Source: Rhynchopus sp. YZ270_cl-10 (Eukaryota). Taken from it: a stretch of 64,000 bases of DNA. Shown here one piece after another: positions 55,436-64,000 of the stretch. The notes beneath the pieces are model-generated. The model saw only the letters and a list, made by a program, of their open reading frames with translations. It did not search any database and was not told where the DNA came from. The stretch lies in the NCBI GenBank assembly GCA_964035575.1, contig OZ037835.1, positions 806,001-870,000 of the forward strand, given 5' to 3'. Position 1 is the first letter of the stretch; the number at the start of each line of letters is the position of its first letter. Position numbers and translations under genes: made by a program.

Positions 55436-56638
55436 TTAACTACAGGCACATCCCTGAGATCTTACCCCTGCTGCTCTCGCTCTTCCGCGCACAGCCTTCT
55501 CCTGCTTCCCGTCGCCTAGAGGGTGGATGTGTGTTCCGAGGCCGTCTGTGAAGACAATTTTGTCCATGGATGGGTTGATCACGCAGGCCCAGATAGGGTG
55601 GCTGTGTTTGAGCAGCCGTGTGACCGATCTGCTTGCCAGATCCCACCGCAGCACTTTTCTGTCCCAAGAAGATGAAAAAACGTACCGCGAGCATTCGCTG
55701 AAGCTGAGGGACGAGATGGTGTCGGTGTGGGAGGTGAAGGTGTGGAGAAGCTGCCCATTCGCTTCAGCCGCGAAAACTGCGACTGAATTTCCCTTCCCGG
55801 GGACTGCAACAAAGTTTGAACACGGTGAAAACGCGGGCACACAGTACGAACTCCGATCCCTCGGTCCTGCGCCGATGCGGAACACCTCCTCCAACTCCCC
55901 GAAGGAATACACGGCAAGACGCGTCGCGATCCAACGTCCGCATGGAGAGATGCCAGCCTCCCACACCTCACCGGACATACGCCGCACACATTCTCCTGTT
56001 GCCACCGAAAAGACCTGAAGGTCCCCTTCACAGCCGACTACGATGTGCTTCTCATCTGGTGTCGCCGCCACAGAACGTACCCTGCTCCCACACTGCAGGT
56101 CATATGCCAGGTCATATGAAGCGTCGAGAATTTGAAGTGTCGTGCTGCCTCGCAGGGAGTACGCAAGGTGGTCGCTGAGGAGCGCCATGGTCTGGATCTT
56201 CCCGCTTGAAATGACGGTGGAGGTGCTGCTGGTCGCGAGGTGTGTTACCGAAAGGCCTTCCGAGTAGAATGCGCTGCCGTGCGCCAGACGGTGTCCACAA
56301 GGGGACAGCGCGGTGCGGCCAAAGCGGATGGGGTAGGTCGCGGCTGTCCAGACAGAGGGCCCGGCGGGTGTGGTGGGGCTTGCTGTTGTCTCCTGCGGTG
56401 TGGGCTCGGCAATGAGGAGGTCCCCACTGCAGAGGCCAGTGGTGCTGACCAGGTCCTCGTCGTCAAAGAGAAAGACAGAGCCGTCGGGCCAGAAGAGGTC
56501 AAAGGGAGGTGGCGTCTTCGTGTCCGGGGTTGCAAGTGAGCCCAAATACTTCTCGTGCAGCCCCTTCACCAATTCCGCCTCTCCAATCTCAAGAAGGTGG
56601 GAGCACCCTGTAAGTCCGTCTTGGACGTAGATGTCCAT
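55436..56638 (-). CDS. 400-aa protein: ubiquitin-like N-terminus plus WD40 propeller, ending GCACS
   Basis: MDIYVQDGLTGCSHLLEI...GLCSGDLLI is UBL-like. WD40 example HTDTISSLSFSECSRYVFSSSWDRKVLRWD. ATG at 56638 follows a pyrimidine tract. Confidence 0.8.
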   Translation of the reverse strand: MDIYVQDGLTGCSHLLEIGEAELVKGLHEKYLGSLATPDTKTPPPFDLFWPDGSVFLFDDEDLVSTTGLCSGDLLIAEPTPQETTASPTTPAGPSVWTAATYPIRFGRTALSPCGHRLAHGSAFYSEGLSVTHLATSSTSTVISSGKIQTMALLSDHLAYSLRGSTTLQILDASYDLAYDLQCGSRVRSVAATPDEKHIVVGCEGDLQVFSVATGECVRRMSGEVWEAGISPCGRWIATRLAVYSFGELEEVFRIGAGPRDRSSYCVPAFSPCSNFVAVPGKGNSVAVFAAEANGQLLHTFTSHTDTISSLSFSECSRYVFSSSWDRKVLRWDLASRSVTRLLKHSHPIWACVINPSMDKIVFTDGLGTHIHPLGDGKQEKAVRGRARAAGVRSQGCACS

Positions 56639-57056
56639 TGTTTGAAAAAGAGGAGAAGAAGAAGAAGAAAGAATAAAAAAGGTGTTTTGAACGAAGATTA
56701 AAAAAAAAAAACGAAAGTCAGGGGTGCTTTTGTCTTTTTGTGTGGAGGGGATATACCCTGTGGTGGTGGTGGTGGTAGGGAAAGGAGGTGTGTCGAGGGT
56801 TGTCGGGTTGTGTCCATCTAAGGTGCATGTTGTGCATGATGGGTGCTGTCTTGCATGCAAGGGGTACACACACCACTGCAGCCAGGATGCTATCGTGTAG
56901 AGAGCATCTGTGCCTACTGGTCGCAGCACCTTCTGGGTAGTGGAGTGCCCAGGTGCACTGCATCGATGCCACACTGCCTTGTCGTGCACAGAGTGCGTGG
57001 GGAAGGGGGAAAGTGTGCTTCTTCAGGATCCTTCTGTCCAGCAGGACACACGCACC

Positions 57057-57222
57057 ACAGCATCCTCCACCTCCACAAGGATCTCTGCTGCATGCACCCC
57101 CAGCTCCGCCTCAAGTCGCCCCCGCACATCCGCGTCCCTGTGCTGCAGTGCGTACCACAGCGGCACCTTCCCGTCCCTGTCACGCACGTTCCCTGCCCCG
57201 TTCAAAACAAGAAACCGCACTG
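57057..57222 (-). pseudogene. Isolated ~165-bp ankyrin-region fragment of the NLR gene
   Basis: Matches ~7237-7403 (AVRFLVLNGAGNVRDRDGKVPLWYALQHRDADVRGRLEAELGVHAAEILVEVEDAV). Confidence 0.9.
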
Positions 57223-57934
57223 CGGAAAGCCCCTTGGGAAAACTGGTCCACAATTTGGTGCACTGGGAGCAACTTGCACAGTTCGCAACAAAAAACGCTG
57301 AGTGAAGAGGAACTGGTTTAGGGGTGATTCACCGCTGGCCCCCCCAAACCCGTGTCAACGGAGTAGGGCAGGGTGCACTCGTCGAATTACATACACATCA
57401 ACATGCACACAGCCCTCATCTTAAACACAACACATCACAACAGTGGAACACTCAATTATTTGAAATCATATTATGGAAGTGTGTGTGGACTCAGCACTCA
57501 CATTGGTAAAAACGAAACAGCAAGAGCCCGAACTACAGGGAAAATGAAATACCCCCCCTTCTTTATTTATTCGTTGTTTGTTGTTTGTTGATCGTATCCA
57601 TCCAAAGCAAAGTCGGAAATGAAAAGTGTACAGATGTAGAGAGTGTGTCACGCTCCAAAAGCCAAGTGGTCAAAGCACAAACTAACGTAAACAACCACAA
57701 AACGAACAGAACACATGTGTAATCGCAACACATCTTGGAAAAGATGTGAATATGAACAGACAGCACATTTAGTGCACTGTAAGTGTAACACCTCGACAAG
57801 CCGCTCTTCTATCCTCGCACAACGCACCCGCAGTGGCATGAGGCACCACCGCATGAGGCAGTGTCAACGTCGTACTCAGACTGCATTCGTCTTGGAAAAG
57901 AGGCAAACACAAGAGCAAGTTGCTGACGAACAGT

Positions 57935-59873
57935 GCTCACAGCAAGTCCATACAAACCACAATATGCACTGATCGCTGCCACCCTCCCACCAGTGGTCAT
58001 GCTCCACACAGTTATACTGTGCGAACTCGACACGACGTGAGCTCCATCAGGTGTCAGTGCCACTCCGTACACGCCATACTCATGCTCCAAGGCGAAGACC
58101 TCCTTCCCGCTGGCAACATCCCAGTCTCGTCGAAAGAGCATGAAACAAAACGAGATCCATCGCGAGTCACGGTCGCACCGGTGATAATATCAGTATGTCC
58201 TTTGAACACCATCGTCTCTTCTCCAGTGTGAAGTTTCGACATGTGTACGGTGCCGTCAGAATAGTACGAAAGCACATGCATTCCATCAGGAGTCACTACC
58301 GCTCTCGCTGAACGGCAAGTAGTTCTTGCATATGCTGACACCTTCTTCCCAGTCGGCATGCTCCACACATACGTACAGCTACGGTCTTCCTCCTCTGTCT
58401 CCTGTGAAGACTCTGAACAGGTCACCACGTGAGATACATCGGGAGACACTGCAAAGGATAGCAGTGTTCCTGACTGTCTCAAGAACACCGCAAACTCACT
58501 GGAATCTGTGCACAAAGGCTGCACTTTCCCTGTCGCAACGTCCCACACACGCGCTCTCCTTTCGCCAGCGTCGTCGCAAGAGCAATAAACTATATGAGAT
58601 CGATCTGGGGACACAGCATCAGCATCATCATGGTTAGTCATTCCTGCTTCAACTACCTGTGTCTGCCTGCCGGTGGATGCGTTCCAGATGGAGTTCCTCT
58701 TGCCATCGTACGAAATGATAGATCCATCAGGGGCCACTGCCGCATACCAGCCTGAGACTCCTTCGAAACCTGGTGTCTCCTTCCCGGTCGTGATGCTCCA
58801 CACTCGGACAGTACCGTCCCAGGAGCTTGAAACCACGTGGCATCCATCTGGTGACACTGCCGTCACCTTAGCAGTATGTCCTTGCAACACCATCACCTCC
58901 TTCCCAGTCGAAATGCTCCAAACGTGCACATTGCCACTCTCGGATCCAGCAACCACGTGACATCCATCGGGAGTGACTGCCACTGCTGTCAACTCAGTGT
59001 CGGCATGGAACACCATCACCTCTGCCCCAGTCGAGAGGTTCCAAAGATGTGCACCATCACAGCACGAAACAACATGGCATCCATCGGGAGTGACTGCCAG
59101 TGCATGCGAAGACTTCACACAGCAAGGCCACCGCCTCTCCTGCTTCCCCGTCACCAGATCCCATACGCACAGCACATCCCCCGAGCATGTCACTATTTGG
59201 CTTCCATCCTTGGTAATAACCATGCTGCGAATGCCAGGCGACTTTATTACTATGGCCAGCACTTCCATCCCCGTCGAGAGATCCCACACACGGATGCCGT
59301 CTTGAGGAGAAGTTGAAACAACTTTAGAAGTGTCGGGAGTGACTGCCACTTCGTCCACCTTAGCTTCGTCGTCGTGGCCTTCCAAGACGAACACTGTCTC
59401 CCCAGTGTGCACATCCCACACACGCACAGTTTTGTCAGTAGAGCACGAAACTACATGGGTTCCGTCAGGTGTTACTGCCACGCCATGGATTTCTTCGTAA
59501 TCTTCCGTGCGTGCGTGCCCTTTCAAGACCATCACTTCTTTCCCAGAAGACATTCTCCACACATGTACTGTGCCTCTTCCGCCAGCTGATACCATGTGAC
59601 CACCATCAGGTGTCACTGCCACAGCACGGGCACTATGCTGCAGTACAGGAAGTGGTGTGCCAAGGGAGCAGCATCGTGCCACCCATGTCGCAGGTGTGGA
59701 ACTCAGTGTGCTCCAGCCAGCAGTTCGAGAAGGAAGCGCCCGTCAGCGCCGTCTCCACAAACAGAGACCCGCGCAGGTCGCAGTTCGACACACGGATCCC
59801 GCTCAGGTCCTCCCCACTCACAGGGATGCGTGCACGTGCCAGCAGTGCTGCTGCATTCGACCCAGCTGTCACA
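57935..59873 (-). pseudogene. NLR copy 5 remnant: pentapeptide plus WD40 region only
   Basis: Begins at VTAGSNAAALL, fused to the 3' flank of copy 4. 8-bp deletion at ~59670, 10-bp deletion at ~58123, and ~210-bp deletion at ~57935 removing the C-terminus. Confidence 0.9.
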
Positions 59874-59920
59874 CGTCTTGGAAAAGAGGCAAACACAAAG
59901 AGCAAGTACGAACAGTGCGC

Positions 59921-62900
59921 TCACTCCTCGCTGTCCAAAATAATCCGTCTCGCAAGTTCAGGTTCCACAGCATCAGCATTGCGACAGCCAAATGCACGAG
60001 GCACTGTTGGAGGGACACCGATCACTCTCTTCAGCCGCAACCCATCAATCGTCCCGTCTTCCCCAGTGCAGATGCTCCACACTCGCACAGTGCTGTCATT
60101 GTAACTACACATCACTTCGCTTCCAACGGGGCTCACAGCGCGGTTCAAAGAAAATCCCTCGATTACTGCCACCTGCTCACCAGTGGTCATGCTCCACACA
60201 CTCACACTGCGCGTAGTCGACACCACGTGAGATCCATCAGGTGTCAGTGCCACTCCGTACACGGCCTCATCTTGCTGCAAGGTAAAGACCTCCTTCCCGC
60301 TGGCAACATCCCACACACGCACAGTATTGTCGAAAGAGCATGAAACAACACGAGATGCACCACAGGTCACGTCTAATACCCTGGAAGTATGTCCTTTGAA
60401 CACCATTGTCTCTTCTCCAGTGTGCAGTTTCCACATGTGTACGGTGAAATCGTCATAGTACGAAACCACATGCACCCCATCAGGACTCACTACCACTCCA
60501 GCTGAACATCCAGTAGTTCCTGTGTATACCGACACCTTCTTCCCAGTCGGCATGCTCCCACATACACGCAGTACGTGCCTTCCTCCTGTGAAGACTGTGA
60601 ACAGGTCACCATGTGAGAGGCATCGGGAGACACTGCCCAGTGACCCCGTTTTCCTGACTGTTTCAAGAACACCGCAAACTCACTGGAATCTGTGCACAAA
60701 GGATGCACTTTCCCCGTCGAAACGTCCCATACACACGCTCTCCCTTCGCTCCAATCGTCGGAAGAGCAATAAACTACATGAGAGCCATCTGGGTACACAG
60801 CAGCAGCATAACAATGTTTATAGATCCTTCCTTCAACCACGGATACTGCTTGTGTCTGCCTGCCGGTGGATGCGTTCCAGATGGAGGCCGTCTTCCCACC
60901 GTACGAAATGATAGATCCATCAGGGGCCACTGCCACAGACCGGTCTGGGAATCTTTCGAAACCTGGTGTCTCCTTCCCGCTCACGATGTTCCACACTCGA
61001 ACAGTCTTGTCGTTGCAGCAGCATGAAACCACGTGGCATCCATCTGGTGTTACTGTCACTGCACTCACAATGGAAAAAGCATGCCCTTGCAACACCGTCA
61101 CCTCCTTCCCAGTCGAAATTCTCCAAATGTGCACATTGGCTCTCACTTCGGTTCCAGCAACCAAATGACGTCCATCGGGAGTGACTGTCACTGCTGTCAA
61201 CTCACCGCCGTCATCAGTGTGAGCATGGAACACCATCACCTCTGCCCCAGTCGAGAGGTTCCAAAGATGTGCACCATCACAGCACGAAACAACATGGCAT
61301 CCATCGGGAGTGACTGCCAGTGCATGCGGATACCTCACACAGCAAGGCCACTGCCTCTCCTGCTTCCCCGTCACCAGATCCCATACGCACAGCACCTCCT
61401 CAGAGCATGTCACTATTTGACTTCCGTCGTTCGTAATAACCATGCTGCGAATGTCAGGCGACTCCACTGCCAGCACTTCCATCCCCGTCGAGAGATCCCA
61501 CACACGGATGCCGTCTTCAGGAGAAGTTGAAACAGCTTTAGAACTGTCGGGAGTGACTGCTACTTGGTCCACCTTAGCTTCGTGGCCTTCGAAGACGAAC
61601 ACTGCCTCCCCAGTGTGCACATCCCACACACGCACAGTTTTGTCAGTAGAGCACGAAACTACGCTGGTTCCGTCAGGTGTTACTGCCACCCCAAAGATCC
61701 GCCCCGAATGTCCTTTCAAGACCATCACTTCTTCCCAAGAAGACATGCTCCACACATGTACTGTGCCGCGACGTCCACCTGTTACCATTTGACCACCATC
61801 AGGTGTGACTGCTTCATCTAAGGCTTGATGCTGCAGTACAGGAAGTGGTGTGCCAAGGGAGCAGTCAGGCAGCATCGTCCCACCCATGTCGCAGGTGTGG
61901 AACTCAGTGTGCTCCAGCCAGCAGTTCGAGAAGGAAGCGCCCGTCAGCGCCGTCTCCACAAACAGAGACCCGCGCAGGTCGCAGTTCGACACACGGATCC
62001 CGCTCAGGTCCTCCCCACTCACAGGGATGCGTGCACGTGCCAGCAGTGCTGCTGCATTCGACCCAGCTGTCACAGCACCCTCACCACCAACACCTTCACC
62101 TGCACCTCCACCTGAACTGCCACGTGTCGCCTTCACAGCCGCAAGCAGTTCTGTGCAGGCACGTTCGTACAGCACACTGTCTCCACACACCAGTGCCGCA
62201 AAGAACCCAAGCACACGCTGCGAGTCCTTGCTGAAGCTCCGCTGCACCAGCGTCCCCAGTGTCCCTGCTGGGTCACGTGCAAGCCGCCGTGCTGCAAGGT
62301 GCTCCCCAAGCGACTTGTGCCGGAACGTGAACGCACTCCGCTCCTCCCCAAAGTCCTCAATCCGGAACGGCAGGCAGCGGAAGCACGCATCCCGCACAGC
62401 CGCACACACACCGTGCTGCGAATCAAGAATCTGCGACGCCACACCCACAGTCCCCTGCCACTCGTTTGTCTCCAGCATCCTGCATGCAACAAGCTCCCCT
62501 GCACGCACCACATCCTCCAAAGACACATCCGAAACAGCAACAGCAACAGCAACTCCACCAGACGCCATCTCCTTCTTCGTCCACGTCTCCAGGTAGGCCT
62601 CGTAGATCACCTCCTCAGAAGCCTTCCCGCTGCACTGTGCGTGGCACGCCATGTGCAGCACAAACGGGTTCCGCAGCTGCACAAGTCCCTCAACGTCCTC
62701 CTCACGCACGAAGACTGTGCGCTCTCCATCCTTCTCCTTCTCCTTCTCCTTCCCCTCTTTGTGTTCCTTCTCCCAGGCTGTGTTTGCACGCTCGATGTAC
62801 GTTCTCGCATCCACCTCTGTGAACGGCTGCATGTACACAGCACGCACACCAGCACCACACACACCAGACGGAGACGTGTCCACACCCTTCAGGTACTCAC

Positions 62901-64000
62901 CACGCACAGTCACAACAACGCTGCAGTGTGCCTCCACCCACGGATGCCGGCACAGAAGGCCACCCTCAGCCACCACAGCACCCACATCCTCCTGCGTCAG
63001 CCCCACCTCGTCCAGCGAGTCCAGCACCAGCACCACCTCGTACGTCTCCGCAAGGTACGCACGGTCCGCCTCCCGCAGCGCAAACGACTCCAGCACAAAC
63101 CTGTCCAGCCCTCCCTTCTCAAGCAGGTGCTGCTTCACAGTCGGCAGCGCCACAAACACAGGGAAGTACGGCTTCGCATCCGCATCCGCAGTCACGTCAC
63201 TCACCACGCTGTTTCTGTTCCTGTTCGTGTCTTCGCTGTCGGTGCTTTCGCTCTTCCTCGCAGACGTTGCAAGGTCGCTCAGAATTGCAATCGAAGCAGA
63301 CGTCTTCCCACTCCCTCCTTCTCCGATCACACACAGCACACCACACGTCCCTTGTCTTTCTTCTCTCGCATCCACATCAGGCTTGCGCTCTGTGCCCGCT
63401 GCTGCCTGTGTGCACACGGAAGACATCTGCTTCCCAACTCCACGTACACGTGCACGAAGCCACCTCCGCACCTCCTCCATCAGCGGACGTGTCTCCGACT
63501 CATCCACACGTGCGTCGTCCCCCACACGCCCCTCCACGTACTGCGCAAGGTAGTCCTTGAAGAACGCGACTGTGTGTCCCATCACCTCCTGCAGCGCACC
63601 CACCTGCTCAGCCGCACTCGTCTCCCCCACATTTACTCCCACACCAGCACACACCTCCTGCATCACAATCACGTCAAAGCGCAGCCCCATCATCCGCAGC
63701 AACGTCGGCGAAAGCTTCCACTGCACCCGGTACTCGATGTTCGCTGTGTACAGCAGCTCGTCCTCCGAAGCATACACAGACGAGAACTTCACGTCTGCAG
63801 CACCCTCCTTCGCCACCACCACAAAGAACGTCCCACCCTTCCCGTACATGAAGCTCCGAGCCACATCCCGCTTCAGTGTTGTCGACGTGAAGCAGTTCCA
63901 CACAATGTGCGTATTAAGAGCGTACTTCGCAGACACGTTCACATTGATCCCACGGAACACAGTCCGCAGCTGCTTCCGACGGCTCCCAATCAGCCGGTCC
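59921..64000 (-). pseudogene. NLR-like copy 4 (5' end beyond the window), single 1-bp frameshift in the WD40 region
   Basis: ORF 60490..63960 continues in 59921..60553. CATGCTCC-CACATAC at 60551-60565 lacks the A present in other copies. May be a sequencing error in an otherwise intact gene. Confidence 0.85.

Noticed and set aside
56639..56989. N-terminal 117-aa extension of the WD40 ORF
   Set aside because: It translates a low-complexity pyrimidine tract and spacer-derived sequence. The ATG at 56638 fits better.
57935..59873. Diversity-generating retroelement template for WD40 variation
   Set aside because: No reverse transcriptase in the window, and differences between copies are not adenine-specific and include indels.

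Overview
Eukaryotic (protist-like) DNA. Every recognisable host gene is on the minus strand and apparently intron-free, and two have polypyrimidine tracts just upstream. This suggests a euglenozoan, possibly diplonemid, polycistronic unit (inference). The dominant feature is a family of giant NLR-like genes: MGxxxS N-myristoylation motif, ankyrin repeat, R-S-E ADP-ribosyltransferase, NACHT/STAND NTPase, pentapeptide repeats, WD40 propellers. There are three intact copies, one copy with a single frameshift that runs off the window, one decayed 3' remnant and one short ankyrin fragment. The effector/NTPase half is almost identical between copies, while the WD40 half is hypervariable at surface loops, as expected for a diversifying innate-immune or non-self receptor array. 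Interspersed are a second, divergent ART-domain gene, a MAP3K-like kinase with a probable dead kinesin domain, UBL-LRR and UBL-WD40 genes and a broken HAMP-cyclase gene. The stretch 36.3-55.4 kb is AT-rich and holds no host genes. It contains an apparently intact, intron-containing hAT transposon (6-bp TSD) nested in a TA-flanked MITE, several other MITE families, and 9-mer/7-mer satellites carried inside a 5-bp-TSD element.
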